DNA of 64,000 nt from Candidatus Uhrbacteria bacterium (GTDB lineage Bacteria; Patescibacteriota; Patescibacteriia; UBA9934): assembly GCA_963822405.1 (NCBI GenBank), contig CAWGHH010000001.1:23296-87295 (forward strand), read 5' to 3'. This document shows, one piece after another, positions 46,557 through 55,733 of the stretch (position 1 is its first letter; each line of letters opens with the position of its first letter). The notes below the pieces were generated by a model. It was given only the letters and a program-made list of their open reading frames with translations. It was not told the DNA's origin and searched no databases. Both the position numbers and the translations under genes were made by a program.

Positions 46557-47838
46557 ACTTGCCGTTTACAATAACTTCGAAGTGCAAGTGAGTTCCAGTT
46601 GAATTTCCAGTTGAGCCACAACGACCAAGGGGAACGCCGGTAGTAATCTGCTGACCGGACTTCACGTATAGCTGGTGGAAGTGACCATAGCGCGTCACAA
46701 TGCCGTTGCCGTGGTTAATTTCGACCACGTTTCCGTAGCCACGTTTTGTGCCGGCGAACTGTACAATTCCATCAGCCGCGGCGTAGTTATCATTTGTGCT
46801 TGTGCCATCAGCATGACCGTTACAATCAATGTCTAAACCAGTGTGCGTCCACGAAAGACCGCGAACAACGTATTTCAAATCAGTTGGCCACAGCATCTTA
46901 CCAACCGCCGGTTTAGCACCAGAGGTACCCGAAGATGAAGGCGTGCTCGTAAAAATGTCCTTCACGGCAACCGTTCTGACAACTGGCTTTGGAGCTGGCG
47001 CTTGGAATTCACCGCCAGGAATTATTAGTTTAGTGCCGAGCGTTAAAGCCGAACCACTAGCTAGTTTGTTATAGGCCAATACGTCCGTAGCAGCTACACC
47101 GTACTTTTTAGCAATGGCAATGATCGAATCTCCGCTCTTCACGGTGTGAGTCACCCCAGAAACTGGCAGAATTTCTAGCGAATCTCCCGGCTTAATCAGG
47201 GAACGCACGGTTAGGTTATTCGACCACAATAGTGTGTTCAAGGTGATGCCGAACTTATGCGCAATAGTGGAAAGGGTGTCGCCGTTACCAACCATGTAAG
47301 CTACTACGCCTTCTCTTGGGGCAAGTGTATCGGCAGTTGTCGAGCTCACCGAGCCTTGTGACAGAATACCCTCGCCTAAAACTAAACTGGTCGGCACAAA
47401 AGTGCTTTCCGTATTCAAGCGAATAAATGGCCTAAGCGTACTTTCGTCTATAACTTGCGAAGCCACTGGACGGGAGTAGTCAGCATACTGATCAATAACC
47501 TGAACGTCCTGGTCAGTAACAATCGCGTACAACAAGCTCTTCTCCCCAAAGTTTTGCGCCTCAGCTCGAGCCTGGGTAAATTGTAAATTTCCTCCGACGG
47601 CCACAAAAACTACTAAAATCACGGCGCCGTGAATGGTATAGCGATTAGAAAGAAAAAACATGAAGCGGTTCTTGGCTGGCCTGTACCAAGTGCTGAGCCG
47701 TTTCTGCAAAGCGAATAAAACACCGTATACCGGCAAAATAGCCACGTGAAGAAGTGCCCTGGCAAGTGGCGAAAACAAGCGTCCAAAGAATCTACCAACA
47801 GACAATATACCCCGCTTAGCAGTTACCAGTAGCCCCAC
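46528..47838 (-). CDS. M23-family metallo-endopeptidase with two LysM domains and an N-terminal membrane anchor
   Basis: LysM: YMVGNGDTLSTIAHKFGITLNTLLWSNN and HTVKSGDSIIAIAKKYGVAATDVLAYNKL. M23: HTGLDIDCNGH...GYGNVVEINHGNGIVTRYGHF...GSTGNSTGTHLHFEV. Confidence 0.8.
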   Translation of the reverse strand: MGLLVTAKRGILSVGRFFGRLFSPLARALLHVAILPVYGVLFALQKRLSTWYRPAKNRFMFFLSNRYTIHGAVILVVFVAVGGNLQFTQARAEAQNFGEKSLLYAIVTDQDVQVIDQYADYSRPVASQVIDESTLRPFIRLNTESTFVPTSLVLGEGILSQGSVSSTTADTLAPREGVVAYMVGNGDTLSTIAHKFGITLNTLLWSNNLTVRSLIKPGDSLEILPVSGVTHTVKSGDSIIAIAKKYGVAATDVLAYNKLASGSALTLGTKLIIPGGEFQAPAPKPVVRTVAVKDIFTSTPSSSGTSGAKPAVGKMLWPTDLKYVVRGLSWTHTGLDIDCNGHADGTSTNDNYAAADGIVQFAGTKRGYGNVVEINHGNGIVTRYGHFHQLYVKSGQQITTGVPLGRCGSTGNSTGTHLHFEVIVNGKFKNPLDYLR

Positions 47839-47981
47839 AAAAATGAGGCCAAGACGGATTAAAAATGGCGAAGGTTGGCGCGTAATAATAGAATTTAGTT
47901 GCTCACTCAGTATACCTCATTTAAGTTGACTAAACAAGAAGAATCTATATAATCTCGGGCATCAAATAACCTTCTCCTTTT

Positions 47982-48953
47982 ATGTCTCACAAAGTTGAAA
48001 CTCTAGAAAAGAATCGCGTCAAACTCACTATTACTATTCCGGCTGATGAAGTGGTTGAGGGAATGCACCACGCTGCTGACCGCGTGTCTGAAGAATCAAC
48101 AATTCCTGGATTCCGTCCTGGAAAAGCTCCCTACGAAACCGTTGTTAAGCGTATGGGTGAGATGAAATTGCTTGAGGCGGCCACTGAAGAACTTATCCGC
48201 AACGCCTTTGTAAAAGCCATGATCGAAGAAGATCTTTCAACTGTCGGCCAACCATATTTTGCTGTAGAAAAGATGGCGCCGGGAAATGATTTAGTGTTTA
48301 CCGCCGAGATGTCCCTAATGCCTACAGTAACTAAACTCGCCGATTACAAAGCTCTAACCGTCAAAGCAGAGTCTGCTGAAGCGACTCCCGAGATGGTAGA
48401 AAAAGCGAAATCCGATTTGTTAACCATGCGCATGAAAGAAACTCGCGCCGAAGCTGGCAAAGAATTGGTAAAAGGGGACAAGGCCGTAGTTAATCTCGGG
48501 ATGAAAAAGGATGGCGTAGTGCTTGAAGGTGGTGAGGCTCAAAACCACGCAGTCTACACAAATGAACCACATTACATCCCAGGCTTTGTCGAGGCCATTC
48601 TGGGCGCTAAAGAAGGCGAAGAGCGCTCGTTCAAACTCAAGTTCCCAAGCGATCATTACCAGAAGCACATTGCCGGCCAAGACGTAGACTTCAATGTAAA
48701 GCTAAATGAAATCTTCGCGATCCAACTTCCTGATTACAATGACGAATTCGCAAAATCTGTTGGCATCGGTTCAGTTGAAGAGCTAAACAAAAAGCTAACC
48801 GAAAACTTGAACGTAGAAAAGGCCGCCGAAGAATCTCGTCGCCAAGAGAAAACTGTACTTGAATTACTCGCCGAGAAGTCTACGTTCGATGAGTTCAGCG
48901 ATCTCCTTGTAAACCAAGAAATTGATAAAATGGTCGAGGAACTAAAACAGTGA
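47982..48953 (+). CDS. tig: Trigger factor, N-terminal ribosome-binding and PPIase domains; interrupted by an in-frame TGA
   Basis: Signature GFRPGKAP near the N-terminus and an FKBP-type PPIase segment. The ORF ends ...VEELKQ followed by TGA. Confidence 0.8.
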   Translation: MSHKVETLEKNRVKLTITIPADEVVEGMHHAADRVSEESTIPGFRPGKAPYETVVKRMGEMKLLEAATEELIRNAFVKAMIEEDLSTVGQPYFAVEKMAPGNDLVFTAEMSLMPTVTKLADYKALTVKAESAEATPEMVEKAKSDLLTMRMKETRAEAGKELVKGDKAVVNLGMKKDGVVLEGGEAQNHAVYTNEPHYIPGFVEAILGAKEGEERSFKLKFPSDHYQKHIAGQDVDFNVKLNEIFAIQLPDYNDEFAKSVGIGSVEELNKKLTENLNVEKAAEESRRQEKTVLELLAEKSTFDEFSDLLVNQEIDKMVEELKQ

Positions 48954-48968
48954 GCCTTTGATCAGGGC

Positions 48969-49271
48969 ATGGAGTGGGAAAAGTACATGTCGTCTATTGG
49001 CAAGTCACTGACCGAAATGAAACTAGACTTCACGCCTCAGGCCATCACTCGCCTAAAAGTCGCCCTTGTCTTGAACGAGGTAGCGAAGCTCGAGAAAATC
49101 ACTCCTTCTGCTGACGAAATCGACAAGGAGGTAGACGAAGTCGCCAAAACCGTTGGCGAAAACAAAGAAGCCAAAGAATACGTCTTTTCCCCAGCCTTCC
49201 GCGACCGCATTGAACACCAAGTAAAAAACCGCAAAGTAGTGCAGTTCTTAAACGGAATGATGGTGAAATAA
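48969..49271 (+). CDS. tig: Trigger factor C-terminal domain, in the same frame as 47982..48953 after the TGA
   Basis: MEWEKYMSSIGKSLTEMKLDFTPQAITRLKVALVLNEVAKLEKITPSADEIDKEV matches the trigger factor C-terminal arm. 47982, 48954 and 48969 are all in one frame, and the total length of about 428 aa is canonical for trigger factor. Confidence 0.6.
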   Translation: MEWEKYMSSIGKSLTEMKLDFTPQAITRLKVALVLNEVAKLEKITPSADEIDKEVDEVAKTVGENKEAKEYVFSPAFRDRIEHQVKNRKVVQFLNGMMVK

Positions 49272-49413
49272 CCATCGCGGTAGGGGTCGACCCATGCGTC
49301 GACCCGATCCTGAACGAAAGCGAAGGATCCAGAGGTGGTGCCATTGGAACGGCTCTCGACGCATGTCGGGGGCTTTTTCATTTGCCAAAACCTCATATTT
49401 CTGCTAATCTTCC

Positions 49414-49962
49414 TTGTCGATTCGTAACCCGAAACCGACTGGAGTAACCATGTACCCAAACTTTGAACGCTTAAAAGCGATCGAAAACGAATTCCTCCGC
49501 ACCGCGATCTACACCGCCACCGGAGAAGAAAGGGAACGGCTCGAGAAAGCGTTCCCTGAGTACTACGTCTCGATCCTGAACGATATTCGCATTCCTGCCT
49601 CGATCCTGCGCAAAAACGCACGTCAACGGCAGCTCGATGCAGGAAACGGTGATGATGGGTGTACGAAGCTCTGGACCGAAATCGGCTGGAGCGAAGACCT
49701 GGCATGCTTGGATGTTCCGCTCAAGAAGTGGGGAGTTGAAACATCTCGGCTACCCGACGAAATCTGGAGTCAGCTCGCGGGCCAGGAAGTCAGGGGCGGA
49801 ATCGAAGTTGAATACATGGGACAGAAGTTCCTACTCGTCTTCTTCTGTGATGAAAACGGCCCCGGTCTCGACCTTGGCGATCACTTCCCGGAAAAACGAG
49901 AGCCAGAATGGAACGACTGGTACACCTTCGTCCACTCCCGCTTCATCGATCTCACCTCGTAG
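49414..49962 (+). CDS. Hypothetical protein in a GC-rich patch
   Basis: 182-aa ORF with a likely start at MYPNFERL; no motifs. Confidence 0.35.
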   Translation: MSIRNPKPTGVTMYPNFERLKAIENEFLRTAIYTATGEERERLEKAFPEYYVSILNDIRIPASILRKNARQRQLDAGNGDDGCTKLWTEIGWSEDLACLDVPLKKWGVETSRLPDEIWSQLAGQEVRGGIEVEYMGQKFLLVFFCDENGPGLDLGDHFPEKREPEWNDWYTFVHSRFIDLTS

Positions 49963-50015
49963 TCGGCACCGCCGACCAACACCGCCCGTCCGGACTAACC
50001 ATCTGACGGGCGTTT

Positions 50016-50231
50016 TCATTTGCTGAAGTCTTCTTCGCCCAACTCGGACTGTCGTAATATTGATCGAAAGGTACCGTACGGAACTTCTTTCCCATGAGTT
50101 GGGACAATAACCGTCAAAGTCGGTCTGCCAATTTTCCGATACTTAGCGTGTGAACCATTTTGAGAAACAAACAAAAAACCGTTCAGCTCGAGAACCTTCA
50201 GGATCACTCGAAGAAGAACGGGTTTAGGCAT
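50016..50231 (-). CDS. hicA: HicA-family toxin (mRNA interferase)
   Basis: 71 aa; LKVLELNGFLFVSQNGSHAKYRK...TLTVIVPTHGKEVPYGTFRSILRQ matches the HicA/YcfA fold pattern (G.H..............P.H...L..GTL..IL.Q). Confidence 0.6.
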   Translation of the reverse strand: MPKPVLLRVILKVLELNGFLFVSQNGSHAKYRKIGRPTLTVIVPTHGKEVPYGTFRSILRQSELGEEDFSK

Positions 50232-50438
50232 GTGCTACGGCCAGGATTTGAATCTCTGCGCGCTGTACGGTCGGCCGTTTCAATGGTCGGTCGGCAAAAT
50301 ATAAATCCAAGGCCTCGCCCAAATTTTTCAAAGCCAACTTTTTCGTCTTTCCAAAACTCGCCACGTCAACATCCAAACACTGGGAAACAAAGTATTTCCC
50401 TTCTTTATATACAACCGACGTGAATTCGACATCTTTCA
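50224..50438 (-). CDS. hicB: HicB-family antitoxin (UPF0150)
   Basis: The start MKDVEF is preceded by a strong RBS AAGGAGAT. FTSVVYKEGKYFVSQCLDVDVASFGKTKKLALKNLGEALDLYF has the HicB N-terminal pattern. It overlaps the hicA start by 8 nt. The tracked 108-aa ORF probably over-extends at the 5' end. Confidence 0.5.
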
Positions 50439-50548
50439 TATCTCCTTGATCATACAACGCCGGCCAAAATTTGCCAAAAGCCCAAAATAATGCGAATATC
50501 TCGCCGCGAATCGTCGCATAGGTTGAACGACTACAGCTGGAGGCTTCC

Positions 50549-50872
50549 ATGACTACTCAGGTACTTTCCTTGAGCACGAACCGAGCAAATTCGAGTCGAA
50601 ACCTGGTAGGCAGACTTTCGTTCTTACTGGCTGGAGTCAAGCCAATCCATGACCCGGCAACCTCATCCGTGGGCATCTGGAATATTGGATTGAATAGCGA
50701 ATGGCAGATCATTCGATCGGCAGATGAACCAAGGCCACCGATCCAAAGCTATCTGCTTCTCTACACCGGCAATGATCCCGGAATGATCAGCGATACGTTT
50801 AGAACCGCGCTGGCCGTCACGATCAAGGCTCTAGTTCCGGGCGTAGATACGTGCGCTCTGATCGACAAATAA
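50549..50872 (+). CDS. Hypothetical protein
   Basis: 107-aa ORF, weak. Confidence 0.2.
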   Translation: MTTQVLSLSTNRANSSRNLVGRLSFLLAGVKPIHDPATSSVGIWNIGLNSEWQIIRSADEPRPPIQSYLLLYTGNDPGMISDTFRTALAVTIKALVPGVDTCALIDK

Positions 50873-51022
50873 CCAGCCTTCTTTCGCGCCCGTCCGGACT
50901 CATCATCCGGCGGGCGGATTCATTTTCAGAACTTTTTCAACTTTACAGCTTTTTCAACTTTTTCCCCGGCGGAGCTGGGTCCGGCTATGCCGGAAACTTT
51001 CTTTACGATACAATTTCTGTAT

Positions 51023-51874
51023 ATGAGATTAGGCGCGCATGTATCGGCAGCGGGAGGTTTATGGAAAGCGGGGATTTATGGCGAGGAACTCGGGTGCGAG
51101 GTAATTCAGATATTCGGCCGACCACCACAGAGTTTTGCGGTTAAGCCTATAACTGATGAAGAAGCAGAAAAATTTAAAGCGTCGATGTTGAAACACAAGA
51201 TACAGGACGTCTACATGCACGCCCCGTATTTGATTAACTTGGCCTCACCAAACAATCACGTTTATCACGGTTCGATTAACACTATTCGCCAAGAACTTGA
51301 ACGCGGTACTCAGCTTGGCGTCAAAGCAGTCATGTTTCATCCCGGTTCAGCTCGAACAGTCGGTCAGGAGAAGGGGATCGAGATGGTCAGCGAGGCCCTA
51401 AACAAAATCCTCGATGGCTACGAAGGCTCCTGCCAATTACTCGTCGAGATCTCCGCTGGTGCAGGCGATGTGATGGGAGACACGTTTGAAGAAATCGCCG
51501 AATTCATTGACGGCGCAGAACGACACGCAGACATTGGCGTCTGCTTTGATACGCAACATGCATTCGCCTCCAGCTATGATTTGCGAACCGCCAAGGATGT
51601 CGACAAAACCTTTAAGCTGTTTGATAAAACTATCGGCCTAGACAAGCTCGTCGCGTCGCATTGCAATGACTCGAAGGTAGTCTTTGAATCGCACAAAGAT
51701 CGCCATGAGCATCTCGGCTTAGGATTAATGGGCGTCGAGGCATTTAAGGCCATCGTCCAGCACCCCCTCTTACAAAACATCGACCTAATTCTCGAAACGC
51801 CCTACTCCGGTGGCGGCGGAAACGATCCCGACCGCGTCAAAGACATGGCACTGTTAAAGAGTTTTCGGAAGTAG
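51023..51874 (+). CDS. nfo: Endonuclease IV (AP endonuclease, TIM-barrel)
   Basis: MRLGAHVSAAGG...HAPYLINLAS...MFHPGS...VEISAGAG...GVCFDTQHAFASSYDL...HCNDSK...RHEHLGLGLMG...LILETP; all Nfo metal-binding blocks are present. Confidence 0.85.
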   Translation: MRLGAHVSAAGGLWKAGIYGEELGCEVIQIFGRPPQSFAVKPITDEEAEKFKASMLKHKIQDVYMHAPYLINLASPNNHVYHGSINTIRQELERGTQLGVKAVMFHPGSARTVGQEKGIEMVSEALNKILDGYEGSCQLLVEISAGAGDVMGDTFEEIAEFIDGAERHADIGVCFDTQHAFASSYDLRTAKDVDKTFKLFDKTIGLDKLVASHCNDSKVVFESHKDRHEHLGLGLMGVEAFKAIVQHPLLQNIDLILETPYSGGGGNDPDRVKDMALLKSFRK

Positions 51875-51876
51875 AT

Positions 51877-52167
51877 ATGCAACTCTCGGTTAAAGTAAAA
51901 CCAAACGCAAAAGTGACCAAGGTGGTTCGCTGGCTAGACGAGAAGACGGTCGAGATCGCGATTCACGCGCCACCAAAAGAGGGGAAGGCAAATGCGGAAC
52001 TTATTCGGTTCCTGGCAGACAAGCTCGACACGTCAAAAACCTCGATTAATATTGTGTCTGGCTCAATGGCCAAACTAAAACGCGTTGAATTACCCTCGGC
52101 GTACGGATTTGGCGGCGCCAAATCGCTACGCCAAATTCTTGCCGAAGACCAACCTCGCCTTTTGTAA
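51877..52167 (+). CDS. DUF167/YggU-family protein
   Basis: 96 aa; LSVKVKPNAKVTKVV.....EIAIHAPPKEGKANAELIRFLADKL pattern of the UPF0235 family. Confidence 0.55.
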   Translation: MQLSVKVKPNAKVTKVVRWLDEKTVEIAIHAPPKEGKANAELIRFLADKLDTSKTSINIVSGSMAKLKRVELPSAYGFGGAKSLRQILAEDQPRLL

Positions 52168-53062
52168 TATGGATCAAAACGAAGCTCGGGCATCTTATGA
52201 AGCGGAAATGCAAACGCGTAGGCACTTGGCCGAAAACCTTCCAGAAGCAATCGAAAACGCCATGGAGATAGAGGGATTTCTAGCAGCTGACGAAAAAGGT
52301 GCGCTCATGGGCTTGGCACTTGATGTAAAACCAGCCGTCTTTATTGCTACCGCCGGAGATCTAGAGGCCGTGAAGGAAGAACTAATAAGGTGGGGTTCAA
52401 ACTTTCAGCTGGTTGGGGATTTGGTTGTAAACAAAAGAGCGCTTTTAAAATCAATGGCCGAACAAAGTGATGTAGCCGAAGAATTTGGCTGGGACTTTAC
52501 GAAATCGCTCGAAGAAAATCTTGCCAAAGTTAGTACGAACGAAACGGGTCCAAACCAATATCGAGCACTAACTGGTCTGGTTCTCGGGTATCCCGAAAAG
52601 GCCGTTCGTGATTTTGCACGTGCTAACGAACTGTTAAAGGCGGGCATACCGAGACCTTACGACTTCTTTAATGTGGGCTCTAACACTGGAAGCGAACAAA
52701 GACTGAGCTTGGACAACTGGGACGCAGAAGATATCCAATTACTCAAAAAAATGTCACGAGCAGATCGCGAAGTCACAGAAAGTAACCGGAAACTTTTACG
52801 TGAAGAACGAGTAGTCGCCGACCGAGAATACAGGTCTCAAATGATCAAAGAAAATGCTCAACTACTGCGCGGTTGGTATAAGAAATACTTTAATGCCTCA
52901 CCTGAAGACGCAAATTTTCTCTTGTCACTCCATGGCGTGATCATATCAACTCCAGACGGCAAACCAGTCTACACCTACGTCGAATCATCACAAGGCGATT
53001 CAGCTGACACGGCGGATCTACGAATGAAGGTTGGCAAGGCATTTCACGAAGTTGGCCTTTAA
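52085..53062 (+). CDS. Hypothetical protein (likely start MDQNEARAS, about 52169)
   Basis: ORF only. Confidence 0.4.
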   Translation: MNYPRRTDLAAPNRYAKFLPKTNLAFCNMDQNEARASYEAEMQTRRHLAENLPEAIENAMEIEGFLAADEKGALMGLALDVKPAVFIATAGDLEAVKEELIRWGSNFQLVGDLVVNKRALLKSMAEQSDVAEEFGWDFTKSLEENLAKVSTNETGPNQYRALTGLVLGYPEKAVRDFARANELLKAGIPRPYDFFNVGSNTGSEQRLSLDNWDAEDIQLLKKMSRADREVTESNRKLLREERVVADREYRSQMIKENAQLLRGWYKKYFNASPEDANFLLSLHGVIISTPDGKPVYTYVESSQGDSADTADLRMKVGKAFHEVGL

Positions 53063-53063
53063 A

Positions 53064-53444
53064 CTAAGGCTTGTCGATGCCACCCTCTGTCCATGGGTGA
53101 CACCGAAGAATTCGATGAGCACCACGCGCGCAACCAATGACTACGCCATTTTTCAAAATTGCTTGGCGAGTATATTCAGAACAGCTCGGATAAAACGGGC
53201 AATAACCGTGCGGGTAAAGTATTTTCAAAGGACCGTGGTCAAAGGACACGGTTTTTTGATACATGATGATCGGAATAGTCGCGACGTATCGAACACCATT
53301 ACGACAATAGCCCAGATTTTTTGAAATTGCCTTCAAGGCGCTGTGATTTTTCTGTATAGTCGAGATCAAGCGCTCCTTTGCCGACGAGGAGAACGATGTC
53401 ATAACCTGTTTGCATTCTAGGGAGTAAAGCCTTAGCAATCTCAC
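53064..53444 (-). CDS. yidD: Membrane protein insertion efficiency factor YidD
   Basis: C-terminal core YPHGYCPFYPSCSEYTRQAILKNGVVIGCARGAHRILRCHPWTEGGIDKP; the true start is probably an internal Met. It overlaps the rnpA 3' end as in many genomes. Confidence 0.6.
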   Translation of the reverse strand: MRLLRLYSLECKQVMTSFSSSAKERLISTIQKNHSALKAISKNLGYCRNGVRYVATIPIIMYQKTVSFDHGPLKILYPHGYCPFYPSCSEYTRQAILKNGVVIGCARGAHRILRCHPWTEGGIDKP

Positions 53445-53640
53445 GATATTGTCTCTTTACCCAATTACGATCAACCGCTTTCTTACTAACTTTGGTGCCG
53501 ACAACTACAGTGATTCGAGTGAGCTCGAGTTTGTTCTTTGTATATTTAATTCCGCACACCGCGTCAAAAACGCCCTTCTTTGCCTTGAGGACATCAGAGA
53601 TATCTTTGTCTTTTCTTAGGCGATGTTGTTTTTTTAGCAT
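53299..53640 (-). CDS. rnpA: Ribonuclease P protein component
   Basis: MLKKQHRLRKDKDISDVL...TVVVGTKVSKKAVDRNWVKRQYREIAKAL RnpA signature. Confidence 0.75.
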   Translation of the reverse strand: MLKKQHRLRKDKDISDVLKAKKGVFDAVCGIKYTKNKLELTRITVVVGTKVSKKAVDRNWVKRQYREIAKALLPRMQTGYDIVLLVGKGALDLDYTEKSQRLEGNFKKSGLLS

Positions 53641-53681
53641 ATAAAGAAAACCCGCCGGATGGCGGATTTTTTTAACGTGGG

Positions 53682-53824
53682 CGCTTCTTTAGCGTCAACT
53701 TCTTGCGTCCCTTGAGACGACGTCGTGCAAGCACGTTGCGTCCGTCCTTGGTCTTCATCCGCTGGCGGAAACCATGGACTTTAGCGCGACGCTTCTTCTT
53801 TGGTTGATATGTTCGTTTAGGCAT
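53682..53824 (-). CDS. rpmH: 50S ribosomal protein L34
   Basis: Translated by hand because it is under the 60-aa cutoff of the ORF track: [51 protein letters not shown] hairpin and T-run, aaaacccgccggatggcggattttttt, lie between rpmH and rnpA. Confidence 0.75.
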
Positions 53825-53958
53825 AGAAAAGTAGCCAGAGGATAGCGAAGTTCCGTGGAACCGTCAACTCTCTACAAGATGATACATCATTTTTAGTCTT
53901 CGTCCCACCTCTCGACACAATATTTACACTCGGGGTCGAGGCGAAAACTTACCCCCAA

Positions 53959-54025
53959 ATTATCCCGAGTTATCCACAGTTGTGCAGATTCCCCAATGCT
54001 TGCAATAGTTTGTGGGCTGTGGATA
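53959..54025. promoter_or_regulatory. DnaA boxes upstream of dnaA (autoregulatory/oriC-associated)
   Basis: TTATCCACA is perfect at 53969-53977. TTATCCcgA lies at 53959-53967, and TGTGGATAt (reverse orientation) at 54017-54025. Confidence 0.45.
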
Positions 54026-54071
54026 TATTCGTTATCATTCGGCCATCGTCTATTCCTAAACGCCTCGCGCT

Positions 54072-55475
54072 ATGGAAATTGGTACTCCCATGGATACTCA
54101 TGAGCTCTGGCAAGCAGTCCTTGCCCATGTAGAGCTTAAGATAAGCCGTGCGCATTTTAGCACTTGGTTTAAGAATACATTTATTTGTGATTATCAGCCT
54201 GGCATGTACGTTATTGGCGTGCCAAACAGCCTTTCGCAGACCTGGCTCGAAAAGAAATTCAACAAAGAGATTCTCGAGGCGCTACAAACGTTAACCCCGA
54301 ACCCGATTAGAAGTTTGAAGTGCCGAATTGAAGCAAAACCAGCGGCTTATCAGCCTATTCAGATTGTTACCCCAAAGATTCCTGGCGCCGAGGATTACGG
54401 ATTTACTACTACAGATGGAGGCGCACCGAGCTTGCCACCAACTGGAAACATTACTGTAAATCCAGGCTACTCGTTCCACACTTTCGTTGTCGGGAAGCAA
54501 AACGAGCTTGCGCACGCAGCGTCACAGGCCGTCGCTTCACAGCCAGGAGGCACTTACAATCCGCTCTTTATATATGGTGGCGTAGGACTCGGCAAAACCC
54601 ACCTATTACACGCCATCGCCAATGAAATCCGTCGAAAGTGGCAGGGCGCACGCATCATGTACGTGACCTGCGAGCACTTCACTAACGATTTTATTCACTC
54701 GGTTCGCACTGGTAAGGGCAAGGAGTTTAAGGATCGCTACCGTAATGTCGATCTTCTTCTAATCGACGACATCCAGTTCATCACCGGCAAAGAGGGAACA
54801 CAGGAAGAGTTCTTTCACACCTTCAACACTCTTCACCAGGACAACAAGCAAATCGTCATCTCGTCGGACAGACCGCCAAAATCTATCGCTGGTCTCGAAA
54901 AACGCCTGCAGTCACGCCTCGAGTGGGGCATGTTGGTCGACGTTGGTACTCCCGACCTCGAGACTCGCATCGCTATTCTCGAAAAGAAGTGTATTGAAAA
55001 GGCTTTCCCGCTACCAAAGGACGTTTTACAGTACGTTGCGTCGACGGTCTTCTCAAACGTTCGTGAACTCGAGGGTGCGCTCAACAAAATTATCGCCGTA
55101 CACCAGTTTAGGAACATCGAACCAACGCTCGAAACGATCAAACCGATCATTTCCAGCTTCGAATCAGAAAATGTTAAAAAAACTGTTACTCCTCGCCAGG
55201 TTATCATCGTCGTCGCGGCCTACTTCGACATTCAGATCGAGGACGTGCTTGGTAAGAGTCGTGAGAAACGACTCGCATTCCCTCGCCAAATCATCATGTT
55301 CTTGCTGCGTGAGGAAATGAAGAGCTCGTATCCAACCATCGGTGCAGAACTCGGTGGTCGAGATCACACTACGGCCATGCACGCACACTCGAAGATCAAA
55401 AATATGATCGACTCGGATGACAAGCTACAAAAAGATCTAGAGCTGATCAAACAAAAACTCTACACGGGAGCCTAA
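54072..55475 (+). CDS. dnaA: Chromosomal replication initiator protein DnaA
   Basis: AAA+ Walker A GGVGLGKTHL, Walker B LLLIDDIQF, sensor motifs, and a C-terminal DNA-binding domain (REKRLAFPRQIIMFLLREEMKSSYPTIGAELGGRDHTTAMHA). Confidence 0.9.
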   Translation: MEIGTPMDTHELWQAVLAHVELKISRAHFSTWFKNTFICDYQPGMYVIGVPNSLSQTWLEKKFNKEILEALQTLTPNPIRSLKCRIEAKPAAYQPIQIVTPKIPGAEDYGFTTTDGGAPSLPPTGNITVNPGYSFHTFVVGKQNELAHAASQAVASQPGGTYNPLFIYGGVGLGKTHLLHAIANEIRRKWQGARIMYVTCEHFTNDFIHSVRTGKGKEFKDRYRNVDLLLIDDIQFITGKEGTQEEFFHTFNTLHQDNKQIVISSDRPPKSIAGLEKRLQSRLEWGMLVDVGTPDLETRIAILEKKCIEKAFPLPKDVLQYVASTVFSNVRELEGALNKIIAVHQFRNIEPTLETIKPIISSFESENVKKTVTPRQVIIVVAAYFDIQIEDVLGKSREKRLAFPRQIIMFLLREEMKSSYPTIGAELGGRDHTTAMHAHSKIKNMIDSDDKLQKDLELIKQKLYTGA

Positions 55476-55733
55476 AGTGGATGAAGTGTGCATAAGTAGG
55501 TGGATATGGGGATGGATAAGTATGGGGATAGAGTTGCGGACAAAACGTGGACAGAGTAGAAAGGTTAGGAGCGTGACAAGTTATCCCACACTCTCTCACA
55601 ATTGTTATCAGCTTTGCTCCACAGGGTAAAAAGCTGAAACGCTTTGAAGGACGGGGACTTCACACGTTATCCACTTCATCCACAGACTCACTGTTACTAC
55701 TAGTTATCTTATTTATATATATCAGAAGCATCT
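55476..55733. other. Putative chromosomal replication origin (oriC) between dnaA and dnaN
   Basis: DnaA-box-like 9-mers: TTATCCACt at 55667-55675, TcATCCACA at 55676-55684, TTATCCCACA at 55581-55590, and reverse-orientation GTGGATat/GGATAAG around 55478-55520. An AT-rich unwinding element tagttatcttatttatatatatcag lies at about 55700-55725. Confidence 0.6.

Noticed and set aside
48951-48953. Alternative genetic code (UGA as Gly/Trp, as in Gracilibacteria/SR1 or Mycoplasma).
   Set aside because: Only one in-frame TGA was found among about 60 genes. Multi-kb ORFs (polA, PBP1A gene, 1674-aa gene) end at conventional stops and contain no internal TGA.
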